A DNA stretch of 32,000 nt from Trichlorobacter lovleyi SZ (lineage in GTDB: Bacteria > Desulfobacterota > Desulfuromonadia > Geobacterales > Pseudopelobacteraceae). The stretch spans positions 3,390,001 to 3,422,000 of the forward strand of contig NC_010814.1 in assembly GCF_000020385.1 (NCBI RefSeq), written 5' to 3'. Below, in pieces: positions 1-10,627 of this stretch. Every line of letters starts with the position of its first letter. Position 1 is the first letter of the stretch. A program made the position numbers and the translations under genes. Under the pieces are notes generated by a model. The model was not told the origin of the DNA. It saw only the letters and a program-made list of their open reading frames with translations, and did no database searches.

Positions 1-1225
<1,225 letters not shown>

Positions 1226-1247
1226 TCATATAGTGATTCGTTTGTAA

Positions 1248-2114
1248 TTATCCCTTAATCGATTCAGCGCCTGAGATGATTTCCATCAGCTCGGTGGTAA
1301 TGGCGGCCTGACGTGCACGGTTGTACTGCAGGGTCAGTTTGCCGATCATTTCTGAGGCGTTCTTTGATGCACTGTCCATAGCGGTCATACGCGCACCGTG
1401 TTCACCAGCCACCGACTCAAGCATCGCCTTGAAGATCTGAACTTCGATATTCTTTGGCAATATCTCGGTCAACAGGTCACTGACCGAAGGCTCATAGATA
1501 TATTCAACACCATTTTCATCAGCGGCGATCTTCTCTTCAGGCTCAATCGGCAGCAGCTGCTGGAAGGTGATATCCTGTGACATAACCGTACGGAACGAGT
1601 TAAACAGCATCACAACCTGGTCATACTCTTCTGCAAGGTAACCCTCGATCACATCCTGAGCAAGCATTGCTGCTGCCTGATAGTTGGGCTTGGAAAGCAT
1701 ATTGGCAAAGTTCTTGTAGACCGTATGGCGGCTTTTCAGAAACTCATACCCTTTACGGCCAACCGTCATGATTGAGATCTGATCGAACTCAGCCTGCTTC
1801 TCCTTGATGTAACGCTCGCCAGCCTTGCAGAGGTTTGTGTTAAAGCCACCACACAGACCACGATCTGAGGTTACCACAATCAGCAGCAGTTTTTTTGCAT
1901 CACGCTTTTCCAGAAGGGGATGCAGATTGCCTTCCAGATTACCGGCCAAAGATTGCAGCACTTCACCCATCTTCTGGGCATAGGGACGTGCAGCTACCAC
2001 GTTTTCCTGTGCACGGCGCAGTTTGGCAGCCGAAACCATTTTCATGGCCTTGGTTATCTGGCGTGTATTTTTTACGGATACAATCCGCTTTTTAATGCTT
2101 TTAAGGCTCGCCAT
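1248..2114 (-). CDS. atpG: F0F1 ATP synthase subunit gamma
   Basis: 288-aa ORF. The N-terminus [36 protein letters not shown] and the C-terminus ...[19 protein letters not shown] are hallmark F1-gamma helices. Lies between atpA and atpD. Confidence 0.95.
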   Translation of the reverse strand: MASLKSIKKRIVSVKNTRQITKAMKMVSAAKLRRAQENVVAARPYAQKMGEVLQSLAGNLEGNLHPLLEKRDAKKLLLIVVTSDRGLCGGFNTNLCKAGERYIKEKQAEFDQISIMTVGRKGYEFLKSRHTVYKNFANMLSKPNYQAAAMLAQDVIEGYLAEEYDQVVMLFNSFRTVMSQDITFQQLLPIEPEEKIAADENGVEYIYEPSVSDLLTEILPKNIEVQIFKAMLESVAGEHGARMTAMDSASKNASEMIGKLTLQYNRARQAAITTELMEIISGAESIKG

Positions 2115-2132
2115 GTCTCAAACCGTCCTTGT

Positions 2133-3641
2133 TTAAGCGGTAAATTCCTTCTTGAACTGATCAAGGGCACTAACCAGCTTGGCCTTCAGGTCATCACCGA
2201 TTGCCTGCTTCTCACGCAATTCAGTGAGTACATCAGCCTGACGGTTATCAAAGAATGCATACAATTCGGTTTCATACTTCTTGAGAGCGGAAACCGGATA
2301 GTCATCAAGGTAGCCGTTGTTGGCAGCAAAAATAACCAGAACCTGCTTTTCGTTCGGAATCGGACGATACTGTGGTTGCTTAAGAATCTCAACCAGGCGC
2401 TCACCACGGGCAAGCTGCATCTGGGTTGCCTTGTCAAGATCGGAGCCGAACTGGGCAAAAGCAGCCATTTCACGGTACTGAGCCAGGTTAAGACGCAGTG
2501 TACCAGCCACCTGCTTCATCGACTTGGTTTGTGCTGAACCACCGACCCGTGAAACCGACAGGCCGACGTTGATCGCCGGACGAACGCCGGAGAAGAACAG
2601 GTCTGATTCAAGGTAAATCTGACCGTCGGTAATGGAGATAACGTTGGTCGGAATGTAGGCGGAAACGTCACCGGCCTGGGTCTCAATGATCGGCAGGGCG
2701 GTCAGTGAACCGGCACCGCACTCATCGGACAGTTTACAGGCACGCTCCAGCAAACGGCTGTGCAGATAGAAAACGTCGCCGGGATAGGCTTCACGGCCTG
2801 GCGGACGACGAAGCAGCAGAGAGAGCTGACGATAAGCGACTGCCTGCTTGGAAAGGTCATCATAGATGATCAGGGCATGCTTCTTGTTATCACGGAAGTA
2901 CTCGCCCATGGTTACGCCGGTGTACGGTGCGATGAACTGCAGCGGTGCGGACTCGGAAGCAGTGGCGGCAACAACAATGGTGTAATCCATAGCACCATGC
3001 TCGGTCAGCTTGGATACAACCTGAGCAACCGTTGAACGTTTCTGGCCGATGGCAACATAAATACAGATTACATCGCCACCCTTCTGGTTAATGATGGTGT
3101 CAACCGCAACAGCCGTCTTACCGGTCTGACGGTCACCGATGATCAGTTCCCGTTGACCACGGCCGATTGGAACCATGGAGTCAATCGCCTTGAGACCGGT
3201 TGCCATCGGCTGATGAACCGATTTACGGGCAACGATACCAGGTGCCTTGATCTCCACCTTGCTGAAGGTACTGCTGTTGATCGGACCCTTGCCGTCAATT
3301 GGCTGGCCAATGGCGTTTACAACACGACCTACCAGGGCATCGCCAACCGGCACCTCGGTAATCCGACCGGTACGCTTGACCGTATCGCCTTCTTTGATCT
3401 CGGCAAATTCACCAAGAATAGCAGCTCCGACGTTATCTTCCTCAAGGTTGAGAACCATACCGGATACGCCGCCGGGGAATTCCAGCAGCTCACCGGCCAT
3501 GGCGCCGGCCAGGCCATGGATACGGGCAATACCGTCTCCGATCGAGATAATGGTACCGGTTTCCGATACCTCTACCTCTTTGCCATACTCGTTAATCTGT
3601 TTCTTGATGATTTCGCTAATTTCTTCGGCTCTGAGTTCCAT
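2133..3641 (-). CDS. atpA: F0F1 ATP synthase subunit alpha
   Basis: 502-aa ORF with Walker A GDRQTGKT, the [41 protein letters not shown] block and the typical alpha N-terminus [16 protein letters not shown]. Confidence 0.97.
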   Translation of the reverse strand: MELRAEEISEIIKKQINEYGKEVEVSETGTIISIGDGIARIHGLAGAMAGELLEFPGGVSGMVLNLEEDNVGAAILGEFAEIKEGDTVKRTGRITEVPVGDALVGRVVNAIGQPIDGKGPINSSTFSKVEIKAPGIVARKSVHQPMATGLKAIDSMVPIGRGQRELIIGDRQTGKTAVAVDTIINQKGGDVICIYVAIGQKRSTVAQVVSKLTEHGAMDYTIVVAATASESAPLQFIAPYTGVTMGEYFRDNKKHALIIYDDLSKQAVAYRQLSLLLRRPPGREAYPGDVFYLHSRLLERACKLSDECGAGSLTALPIIETQAGDVSAYIPTNVISITDGQIYLESDLFFSGVRPAINVGLSVSRVGGSAQTKSMKQVAGTLRLNLAQYREMAAFAQFGSDLDKATQMQLARGERLVEILKQPQYRPIPNEKQVLVIFAANNGYLDDYPVSALKKYETELYAFFDNRQADVLTELREKQAIGDDLKAKLVSALDQFKKEFTA

Positions 3642-3649
3642 AGAAGCGT

Positions 3650-4192
3650 TTACCCCTTCTGTAGTATATCGTGAATCCGTGCTAACTGAGTTTTAACACT
3701 GCTATCATAGGCGATATCGCCGATCTGGGTAACAACACCGCCGATCAGCGATTGATCAACCTTTACCTGTGGCACAACCTTCTTACCGGTTTTCTGCTCC
3801 AACGCACCTTTAATGGCATTGACCTGGCTGTCATCCAAGGCAAAGGCGGTCGTAATCATCGGACGGATCACCCCAGACTGCTCATCAGCCAGCTTTTCGT
3901 AGGTCTCAACAATTTCCGGCAGACAGACAACCCGGTTTTTATCCACCAGCAGCAACAGGAAGTTTGCCACCAGTTCCGAGCATTGCATACGTGCAATCAG
4001 GTCACGCATGATCTGCTTTTTTTGATCTGCAGTAAAGGCAGGGTTACCAAATGCGGCCCGCAGTTCTGCATTACCGGCAAAAACCCCGCTCACCACCTTC
4101 AGCTCCTGGCTGAAGCGATCAATCAGATCTTTCTCCGAGCCAAGCTGGACCAGCGCCTTGGCATACCGTCTGGCAATGGCGTTATTGATCAC
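3650..4192 (-). CDS. atpH: F0F1 ATP synthase subunit delta (OSCP family)
   Basis: 180-aa ORF with a delta/OSCP-like N-terminus ([12 protein letters not shown]). GTG start at 4192..4190 overlaps the atpF stop as GTGA. Position between atpF and atpA. Confidence 0.87.
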   Translation of the reverse strand: MINNAIARRYAKALVQLGSEKDLIDRFSQELKVVSGVFAGNAELRAAFGNPAFTADQKKQIMRDLIARMQCSELVANFLLLLVDKNRVVCLPEIVETYEKLADEQSGVIRPMITTAFALDDSQVNAIKGALEQKTGKKVVPQVKVDQSLIGGVVTQIGDIAYDSSVKTQLARIHDILQKG

Positions 4193-4791
4193 AGTTGCAC
4201 CACCTTCCCAAGGTAATCCTGTACAAATCGGTCATGGTCCGCTTTTTGAACAGCAGCACCAAGTTTGCCACCAGCCAGCTCAACCGCAAGCCTGGCAGCC
4301 TCCACACGCAGTTCTGTGCGGGCCTTCAAGACCTCTTGATCAGCAGCCTGAGCGGCCTGTTCTGTAACCTTGGCAGCTGCAGCCTGGGCTTCAGCAACAA
4401 TACGCTGTTTCTCGGCTTCAGCCTCTTTCAGCATGGCAGCACGCAGCGTATCCACCTCCTGATTGGCCTTTTCAAGCTTCTCAGTATATTCTTTCAGCTT
4501 GGCCTCAGCTGTCTCACGAGCCTCACGAGCCTCGCGGAGATTCTTCTCAATCTGCAGCTGGCGCTCAGCCAGTGAGCCCTTTACGTTAGCCTTTTTCAAG
4601 GCCCAGATCATAATACCGGCAAGCAGCGCAAAATCGACAACACGCCAGCCGAAATCTTTCAGCTGTGCACCACTATCGGGATGGTGCTCTCCGCCGCCCG
4701 AAGCAAGGGCCAGCACAGGAACCAGAATAGCGACAGCAACAGCCAGACCGGAGAGAATTCTTTGCATACGGCGATCATTCTGAATCAGCAT
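4189..4791 (-). CDS. atpF: F0F1 ATP synthase subunit b
   Basis: The track ORF (4189..4929) is trimmed to ATG 4791..4789, which lies 4 nt after the atpF' stop (TAA 4798..4796). This gives 200 aa: hydrophobic N-terminus followed by a long A/E/K/Q-rich coiled coil typical of b subunits. An alternative ATG at 4767 is possible. Confidence 0.78.
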   Translation of the reverse strand: MLIQNDRRMQRILSGLAVAVAILVPVLALASGGGEHHPDSGAQLKDFGWRVVDFALLAGIMIWALKKANVKGSLAERQLQIEKNLREAREARETAEAKLKEYTEKLEKANQEVDTLRAAMLKEAEAEKQRIVAEAQAAAAKVTEQAAQAADQEVLKARTELRVEAARLAVELAGGKLGAAVQKADHDRFVQDYLGKVVQL

Positions 4792-4795
4792 GGGC

Positions 4796-5221
4796 TTACA
4801 GACTCCTCCCCAGAATTTTCTCACAAATATCGCCGGACAGGACATCAACCTGCTTTTGCAGCAGGGCACGTGCCTCGGCAGACTCTTTGGCGACCCGCTC
4901 ACGAATCGAAGCGATTGAAGTTGCAGCATCCAGGCGCGCCTTGTCCAACAACGACGCCTCTTCCGCCTGAGCCTCTTTCACCAGCTCAGCCCGTTTGGCA
5001 CCGACTTCAGCCTTGGCATCACGCAGACGCGCCTCATACTGAGCCACCTTTTCCTGCACCTGCTGATCCACAGCGACTGCACGCTCACGGGCAGACTGGA
5101 TCTCCTGCCGCCGCTGGGCCAACAGCGCCCTGATCGGCTTGTACAGAAAGATATTCAGAACAAGAACCAGAAGTCCGAAGTTTACAATCTGGACAGCAAA
5201 TGCGAGATCGAGATTGATCAC
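4796..5221 (-). CDS. F0F1 ATP synthase subunit b' (second b-type stalk subunit)
   Basis: 141 aa with a single N-terminal TM helix (FAVQIVNFGLLVLVLNIFLY) followed by a charged coiled coil. GTG start 5221..5219 with an AAGGGG SD 6 nt upstream. Paralogous in architecture to the adjacent atpF. Confidence 0.75.
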   Translation of the reverse strand: MINLDLAFAVQIVNFGLLVLVLNIFLYKPIRALLAQRRQEIQSARERAVAVDQQVQEKVAQYEARLRDAKAEVGAKRAELVKEAQAEEASLLDKARLDAATSIASIRERVAKESAEARALLQKQVDVLSGDICEKILGRSL

Positions 5222-5262
5222 GGCCTACCCCTTAACCTACGGTGAATTGTATACTGTATCCC

Positions 5263-5292
5263 ACAAAAACATGCCTGACTGAGTGGTCAGGC
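5263..5292 (-). terminator. Putative intrinsic terminator/attenuator between parB and atpF'
   Basis: On the minus-strand RNA, GCCUGAC-CACUCA-GUCAGGC forms a 7-bp GC-rich stem (5292..5273) followed by AUGUUUUUG (U5 = 5269..5265). It lies ~80 nt after the parB stop and ~45 nt before the atpF' start. Confidence 0.4.
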
Positions 5293-5368
5293 GTAAACGC
5301 TGGTTAGCTATCATGGTTAAACACAGACTGTCAATCAAAAAAAGCAGCTAATTTGTTGCAGCACCGGA

Positions 5369-6217
5369 TTAAGACTGCAACAAATCAATGATTCGCGTTA
5401 GCTCATCAGACGAACTGAAGTGAATTTCCAACGCCCCTTTACCACCACTGTTACGACGAATGGCGATCCTGGTTTGGAACTGTTTCTGCAGCTGCTCCTC
5501 CAGAGAAACCATCAAGAGATCAGGCTGACGGGCAGGCTTTTGAACTGCATGTGAGCCACGCTTAAGCTTGTTAACCAGCTCCTCCGTAGCCCTGACACTC
5601 AGCATCCTGTGCAGGATTTCATGGCGTGCCTTCTGAACCAGCTCTTCATTTTCAAGCCCCAGCAGTGCCCGGGCATGCCCCATGGAGAGCCGCTCTTCCA
5701 CCACATCCCTCTGAATATCATCCGGCAAGCGCAACAGGCGCAACGCATTGGTGACCGTTGTGCGGTTTTTGCCAACCCGTTTTGCCACCTCATCCTGAGA
5801 AATGCCGAAATGCTCAACCAGCGACTTGTAGGCCTGGGCCTCTTCAATGGCGTTCAGATCTTCACGCTGGATGTTTTCAATCAGGGCCAGCTCCATCACC
5901 GCATCTTCGCTGGCCTCACGGATAACCACCGGCAGTTCGCGCAACCCGGCCTTCTGGGAAGCACGCCAGCGACGCTCACCGGCAATGATCTCGTAGTAGC
6001 CATCCTTTTTGGTAACTACCAGCGGTTGAATAATCCCTTTTTCTCGGATTGAGGAGGCCAGCTCCTCCAGTTTGTCTTGCGCAAACTGCTTGCGGGGCTG
6101 GTTGCGATTGGGCCTGATCTGCTCAATGGGACAGAGAAAATAGTTTTTGTCCTCGGCAACGGACATCACCGGCAACAGTGCAGCCATTCCTTTGCCCAGA
6201 CCACCTTTTTTAAGCAC
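5369..6217 (-). CDS. parB: Chromosome partitioning protein ParB (Spo0J family)
   Basis: 282 aa with the N-terminal GLGKGMAALL motif, the ParB box IIAGERRWRASQ and an HTH region (ISQDEVAKRVGKNRTTVTNALRLLRL). GTG start 6217..6215 overlaps the parA 3' end by 8 nt. Confidence 0.93.
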   Translation of the reverse strand: MLKKGGLGKGMAALLPVMSVAEDKNYFLCPIEQIRPNRNQPRKQFAQDKLEELASSIREKGIIQPLVVTKKDGYYEIIAGERRWRASQKAGLRELPVVIREASEDAVMELALIENIQREDLNAIEEAQAYKSLVEHFGISQDEVAKRVGKNRTTVTNALRLLRLPDDIQRDVVEERLSMGHARALLGLENEELVQKARHEILHRMLSVRATEELVNKLKRGSHAVQKPARQPDLLMVSLEEQLQKQFQTRIAIRRNSGGKGALEIHFSSSDELTRIIDLLQS

Positions 6218-6983
6218 TGGTCACCTCCCGCTGGATCAGCTCGCGGGCCAGCTGCAGATAGGCAGTAGCACCTTTGGAGGTAATATCGTAATAGATAATC
6301 GGCTTGCCGTGGCTGGGCGCTTCAGAGAGGCGAACGTTACGGGGAATCACCACCTCAAAGGCCTCTTTCGGGAAGTGAACCCGGATCTCATCCTCTACAT
6401 CCTTTGACAGGCGGTTACGGGCATCGGCCATGGTCAACAAAATACCTTCGATCGCAATGCGGGGATTCAATCCCTTTTGCACCAAACGGATCGTATTAAG
6501 GATCTGGGACAGACCCTCCATGGCATAGAACTCACATTGCAGTGGAATCAGGACAGTGTCGGCAGCGGTCATGGCGTTCACGGTCAAAAGACTTAAGGAT
6601 GGCGGGCAGTCAATCAGGATATACCGGTAGCGTTCCTGTAACAGCGACAAGGCGTTCTTTAGTTTCTGTTCACGTCCGGTCTCAGTGGCCAGTTCCAGCT
6701 CAGCACCGGCAAGGTCCGCGGTGGCTGGCAGGATATGCAGATAGGGATGACCGGTCTCAACCACCAGCGAGGCTGGGTCTGCCTCATTAATCAACAGATC
6801 ATAGACCGAATGCTGCAACTGGGACTTATCAACACCAACGCCGCTGGTGGCGTTACCCTGAGGATCAATATCCACCAGCAGGGTAGGCCGCTCGGCAGCA
6901 GCCAGCGCAGCAGCGAGGTTAATGGCGGTGGTGGTCTTACCCACACCACCCTTCTGATTTGCAATACAGATGATCTTTGACAT
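6210..6983 (-). CDS. parA: Chromosome partitioning ATPase ParA/Soj
   Basis: The track ORF (6210..7343) is trimmed to ATG 6983..6981, giving MSKIICIANQKGGVGKTTTAINLAAALA (deviant Walker A KGGVGKT) and 257 aa. The upstream 120 codons overlap the neighbouring gene and have no ParA homology. Confidence 0.93.
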   Translation of the reverse strand: MSKIICIANQKGGVGKTTTAINLAAALAAAERPTLLVDIDPQGNATSGVGVDKSQLQHSVYDLLINEADPASLVVETGHPYLHILPATADLAGAELELATETGREQKLKNALSLLQERYRYILIDCPPSLSLLTVNAMTAADTVLIPLQCEFYAMEGLSQILNTIRLVQKGLNPRIAIEGILLTMADARNRLSKDVEDEIRVHFPKEAFEVVIPRNVRLSEAPSHGKPIIYYDITSKGATAYLQLARELIQREVTSA

Positions 6984-7077
6984 AACCTGTTGTTCGATCT
7001 GAGGAAATATGGAATTGAGCTGGTCAGGTGCGAGATCGGCACCGTACCATAAAGCAGCTGACCCTGCAAAGAACTTT

Positions 7078-7980
7078 TTATCTCTTCGGCACGGCATCCC
7101 AGCAGAGACCGCAGCGGCCAATAAACGAACTGTCCGGCAACGCCTCCAGGTTACAGGGCAGACCATGCCGCCCGGCAAACTGCAACCCGGCACAATGCAA
7201 CATAAGCCGTTCAGACACCAGGCCACCATAGGTAGCATCCCCCACAATCGGAAGGCCGGCTGCTGAAAGGTGAACCCGGATCTGGTGGGTTCGTCCGGTT
7301 CGCGGAAAGGCCTCAACCAGTGCCAGGCCTTCTGCAGCAGCAAGCAGCCGGAAATCAGTCAGGGCTGCCCTGCCTTCAGACATGATTCCCCACCGTGCAC
7401 TGCCCAGTTTGCCGATCGGGCCATCGCAGGACCAGCGCTCTTCAACAGGTTTACCCGTAACCAGCGCCAGATAACGTTTCTGAATCCCCCCCTGCTTAAA
7501 CAGCTCAGAAAGCCAGGCCGCTGCCTGACGATGCTTGGGAAACAGCATCAGCCCCGATGTCCCCCGGTCAAGCCGGTGCACCACCCGCACCGGTTCTTTA
7601 ATTCCCTGGCGCACAAACTCCTCGGCAACCCAGTATTCCAGCGTTCCTTTCAGCTGATACGGAGTACGCTGGCTGGCAATACCGGAAGGCTTGTTGATTG
7701 CCAGCAGTTCCTTATCCTGATAGACAATTGCCTCAGGTGGCAGCAGCAGTTCCAGGAATCTGCCCTGTTCCATAAAACCAACTGTCAGCTGGTCTTCGGC
7801 CTTCATGCCTCTGGAAGCCACCCGCACCATGGCCTGATTAACCGCACAGCCACCCCGGTCAATGATCCGCCGAGCCTCACCTTTGCTGATTCCCGCCAGT
7901 TGCGCCAAGGTTTCATCAAGACGCTGACCGGCCATCTCTTTTGCTACACTGAATTGCTTGATCATAGTTCTCTCTACCAT
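7078..7980 (-). CDS. RluA-family (RluD/RluC-like) rRNA pseudouridine synthase with N-terminal S4 domain
   Basis: 300-aa ORF with an S4-like region (RLDETLAQLAGISKGEARRIIDRGGCAVN) and the catalytic motif HRLDRGTSGLMLF. The true start may be ATG 7965 (MIKQF...), which has an AGAGAG SD-like stretch, whereas ATG 7980 has none. Confidence 0.86.
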   Translation of the reverse strand: MVERTMIKQFSVAKEMAGQRLDETLAQLAGISKGEARRIIDRGGCAVNQAMVRVASRGMKAEDQLTVGFMEQGRFLELLLPPEAIVYQDKELLAINKPSGIASQRTPYQLKGTLEYWVAEEFVRQGIKEPVRVVHRLDRGTSGLMLFPKHRQAAAWLSELFKQGGIQKRYLALVTGKPVEERWSCDGPIGKLGSARWGIMSEGRAALTDFRLLAAAEGLALVEAFPRTGRTHQIRVHLSAAGLPIVGDATYGGLVSERLMLHCAGLQFAGRHGLPCNLEALPDSSFIGRCGLCWDAVPKR

Positions 7981-8046
7981 GAAGCTTGCTTAAATCGCAA
8001 ATAAACCTGTTGGCAGCGGCCCGCTGAGTTTGCTACCCTGCCACCC

Positions 8047-8649
8047 ATGCCATCAACCAAAGCCCCACATCCCGTCCTGCGCGGCCCGGTTCCACTCAGT
8101 CACCTGCTGCTGCAGCGCTTTATCCAATCCGGCAGCCGGGTCATTGATGCCACCTGCGGCAACGGCAAGGACACCCTGCTACTGGCTGAACTGGTTGGGG
8201 AAACCGGCCATGTATGGGCCTTTGACATCCAGCAGGAAGCCCTTGACCGCACTGCCCAACGCCTGGCAGAACAGAACCTGCAGCAACGGGTATCCCTGCT
8301 GCATGCCGGCCATGAGCGCCTGCTGGAACTGGTGAAGCCACCACTGCATGGGGTTGTCTTTAATCTGGGCTGGCTCCCCGGCGCAGCTCGGGAGATTGCA
8401 ACCGGCACTGCCACCACCCTGACCGCCCTGGAGGCATCGCTACAACTATTGGCACCGGCAGGCCTGGTGCTGGTTACCTGCTATCCAGGCCATGCAGGCG
8501 GAGATCAGGAAGCGGCAGCAGTACAGAAATGGGCAATGTCCCTTTCTTCACGCAGCTATTTTGTCTGGCGGATGGGACAACTGAATGTGACTCCTGACGC
8601 ACCATTCTGCCTGCTGATTCAAGATGGAAGATCCTCCGATGTCCGCTGA
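8047..8649 (+). CDS. Class I SAM-dependent methyltransferase, YtqB/MnmM-like ('putative rRNA methylase' family)
   Basis: 200 aa. VIDATCGNGKDTLLLAELVGETGHVWAFDIQQEAL and VFNLGWLPG closely mirror the Bacillus subtilis YtqB (MnmM) sequence as I recall it. SAM motif I is D-A-T-x-G-N-G. Confidence 0.75.
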   Translation: MPSTKAPHPVLRGPVPLSHLLLQRFIQSGSRVIDATCGNGKDTLLLAELVGETGHVWAFDIQQEALDRTAQRLAEQNLQQRVSLLHAGHERLLELVKPPLHGVVFNLGWLPGAAREIATGTATTLTALEASLQLLAPAGLVLVTCYPGHAGGDQEAAAVQKWAMSLSSRSYFVWRMGQLNVTPDAPFCLLIQDGRSSDVR

Positions 8650-9775
8650 CTTGCTGCCCTTTATCGCCATTCTGCCGGCCAGTATCTACTCCCTGCTGAC
8701 ACTGTGGTGCGGCTGGCTTTTTTTCAGGGATCAAGGCATCCTGAAAAAACAACATGACACGGCGATCTCAATCCTGAAGCCGGTCAAAGGGATGGATGAA
8801 GGCAGCTATGAAAATTTCGCCTCGTTCTGCAAGCAGGACTATGCCGCACCGCAGCAGCTGATCTTTTGCGTGGCCGATGCCGATGACCCGGCGATTGAGA
8901 TCATCCAACAATTAATGGCTGATTTTCCCCATCATGATATCAGCCTGAACATTGATCCGGCTATCCATGGCCCTAATTACAAAGTTTCCAATCTGATTAA
9001 CGCATTTCCCAAAACAAAATATGACCTACTGATGATCTGCGACAGTGATATCAGGGTGGAGCCAACTTTTTTGCAATCTGTTACCACACATTTCAGCGGC
9101 CCGGGTGTTGGCCTGGTCACCTCCCCCTATCGCAGCTCAACCGTGCATGGTGCCATCACCGCCTTTGAGGCACTGGCCTTTACCTCTGAGATGGTTCCCA
9201 ATGTGGTGACCGCCCTGAAATTGGAGGGGCTTTCCTTTGCCCTGGGGGCAGCCATGACCTTCCGCAGGCAGGCGCTGCAGGACATTGGCGGACTGGAGGC
9301 ACTGGTGGAGTACCTGGCTGACGATTATCAGCTGGGCAACCAGATTCACCGGGCAGGCTGGCAGCTGGTGCTTGACCGTCAGTTCGTGGAAAGCATGCTG
9401 AAACCTGAAAGCCTGGCCACAATCTTTTCCCGCCAATTGCGCTGGGCCCGCACCATGCGGGTCAGCCGGCCTGGCGGCTATCTGGCATCAGGGATTACCC
9501 TGCCGGGTCTGGCAATCGTTGCAGCCCTCCTGAGCGGCCCGCCCCTCCTTGCCCTGTCTGCCATCAGTCTGCTCTATCTGGTTCGACTGACAGTCACCAC
9601 CCTCTTCAGTCGTTATTACCTCCGTGACAACCTGCTCCCTGCCTGGGCCTGGCTGCTTCCCCTGAGAGACCTGCTGGCCTTCGGCACCTGGCTGCTGGCC
9701 TTTGCCGGAAATCACGTTATCTGGCGTGGGCACTGTTTTTTGATCAGATCAAACGGAAAACTTAAAGAGCTATAA
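8624..9775 (+). CDS. GT2/GT21-family membrane glycosyltransferase (HpnI / ceramide-glucosyltransferase-like)
   Basis: 383 aa with an N-terminal TM helix, the catalytic D-x-D (ICDSDIRV), the Q/RxxRW-type motif (SRQLRWARTMR) and C-terminal TM helices. The start is ATG 8624 (26-nt overlap with the upstream gene) or ATG 8639. The family assignment is firm; the acceptor (hopanoid, ceramide or other lipid) is not. Confidence 0.72.
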   Translation: MEDPPMSADLLPFIAILPASIYSLLTLWCGWLFFRDQGILKKQHDTAISILKPVKGMDEGSYENFASFCKQDYAAPQQLIFCVADADDPAIEIIQQLMADFPHHDISLNIDPAIHGPNYKVSNLINAFPKTKYDLLMICDSDIRVEPTFLQSVTTHFSGPGVGLVTSPYRSSTVHGAITAFEALAFTSEMVPNVVTALKLEGLSFALGAAMTFRRQALQDIGGLEALVEYLADDYQLGNQIHRAGWQLVLDRQFVESMLKPESLATIFSRQLRWARTMRVSRPGGYLASGITLPGLAIVAALLSGPPLLALSAISLLYLVRLTVTTLFSRYYLRDNLLPAWAWLLPLRDLLAFGTWLLAFAGNHVIWRGHCFLIRSNGKLKEL

Positions 9776-9784
9776 TCCTATCAC

Positions 9785-9813
9785 TTTACAAGCTCACAAC
9801 TTACCTCTATACT
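9785..9813 (+). promoter_or_regulatory. Putative sigma70 promoter of the mla-tolC unit
   Basis: TTTACA (9785-9790), a 17-nt spacer, then TATACT (9808-9813). It sits ~29 nt upstream of the mlaE ATG, in the 66-nt gap after the glycosyltransferase stop. Confidence 0.5.
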
Positions 9814-9841
9814 ATTCAGTCACTTAAAATCATCCAAAGGC

Positions 9842-10627
9842 ATGTACACCAGACAAATGACCAACTTTTTACGGGCCATAGGTCGAAGGACCATCGCGCA
9901 AGTACAAGAACTGGGCAACTGTGGCCAGTTTCTGGTCTACGCCCTGTACTCCATCCTGCGCCGCCCCGGGCGACCGGTACATATACTGAAGCAGGTCAGC
10001 TTCATTGGCGCGAAATCCCTGTTTGTAATTGTGTTGACAGCCGCGTTTACCGGCATGGTGCTAGGCTTGCAAGGCTACTATACGTTGACCAAATTCGGTT
10101 CTGAAGGGATGCTGGGCACCGCCGTGGCACTTTCCCTGATCCGCGAACTGGGGCCGGTTCTCTCGGCCCTGATGGTGACCGGCCGGGCCGGTTCGGCCAT
10201 CACTGCTGAAATCGGCATCATGCGGATCAGTGAGCAGATTGACGCTCTGGAAACCATGGCGCTTGATCCATACAAGTATCTGATATCACCTAAATTTATT
10301 GCAGCCATGATCTCAATGCCGCTGCTCTGCGCTATTTTTGATGTGGTGGGCATCTACGGCGGCTGGATGGTGGGAGTCAAGCTGCTGGGAGTTAACCCCG
10401 GCGCTTACTTTAGTGAAATGTACAAGTCCGTTGAGTGGAAAGATGTCTACTCCGGCTTTGTAAAATCCTATTCTTTTGGCATCATTATCGCCTGGATCGG
10501 CTGTTACAAAGGGTATTACGCCGGACACGGTGCTGAAGGAGTCTCCAGGGCAACCACGGAATCGGTGGTGCTGACTTCAGTCCTGATCCTGGTCTGGGAC
10601 TACTTCCTGACCTCAATACTGCTATGA
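9842..10627 (+). CDS. mlaE: Mla/Ttg2 ABC transporter permease MlaE
   Basis: 261 aa, multi-TM, with the characteristic MlaE block LIRELGPVLSALMVTGRAGSAITAEIGIMRISEQIDALETMALDP. ATGA overlap with mlaF. Confidence 0.9.
   Translation: MYTRQMTNFLRAIGRRTIAQVQELGNCGQFLVYALYSILRRPGRPVHILKQVSFIGAKSLFVIVLTAAFTGMVLGLQGYYTLTKFGSEGMLGTAVALSLIRELGPVLSALMVTGRAGSAITAEIGIMRISEQIDALETMALDPYKYLISPKFIAAMISMPLLCAIFDVVGIYGGWMVGVKLLGVNPGAYFSEMYKSVEWKDVYSGFVKSYSFGIIIAWIGCYKGYYAGHGAEGVSRATTESVVLTSVLILVWDYFLTSILL

Noticed and set aside
1920-2537. 205-aa plus-strand ORF spanning the atpG/atpA junction
   Set aside because: It is antisense to two conserved genes and crosses their intergenic gap. There is no SD and the sequence is low-information.
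4792-4929. N-terminal 46-codon extension of the atpF ORF
   Set aside because: It overlaps the 3' end of atpF' in another frame, and its Cys/Arg/Ser-rich sequence is unlike b subunits. The ATG at 4791 sits just after the upstream stop.
5329-5334. Perfect TTGACA (minus strand) as the atp promoter -35
   Set aside because: At 16-18 nt spacing the -10 candidates are GATAGC, ATAGCT and TAGCTA, none convincing. It would also place a terminator-like hairpin inside the leader. I left it uncalled.
6667-6675. parS search: TGTTCACGT half-site-like string inside parA
   Set aside because: It lacks one base and the second half of the 16-bp TGTTNCACGTGAAACA palindrome. I found no full parS-like palindrome anywhere in the window by eye.
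6984-7343. 120-codon N-terminal extension of the parA ORF
   Set aside because: It overlaps the pseudouridine synthase gene and has a Cys/Trp/Arg-rich composition. ParA homology begins exactly at MSKIICIANQKGGVGKT (ATG 6983).
7270-8004. 244-aa plus-strand ORF
   Set aside because: It is fully antisense to the RluD-like gene, Pro/Gln/Arg-rich with no motifs, and is a shadow ORF.
8011-8034. Sigma-54-like TGGCA ... TTTGCT upstream of the methyltransferase
   Set aside because: GG-to-GC spacing is ~20 nt instead of the required 12 (TGGCAC-N5-TTGCW), so it is not a -24/-12 promoter.
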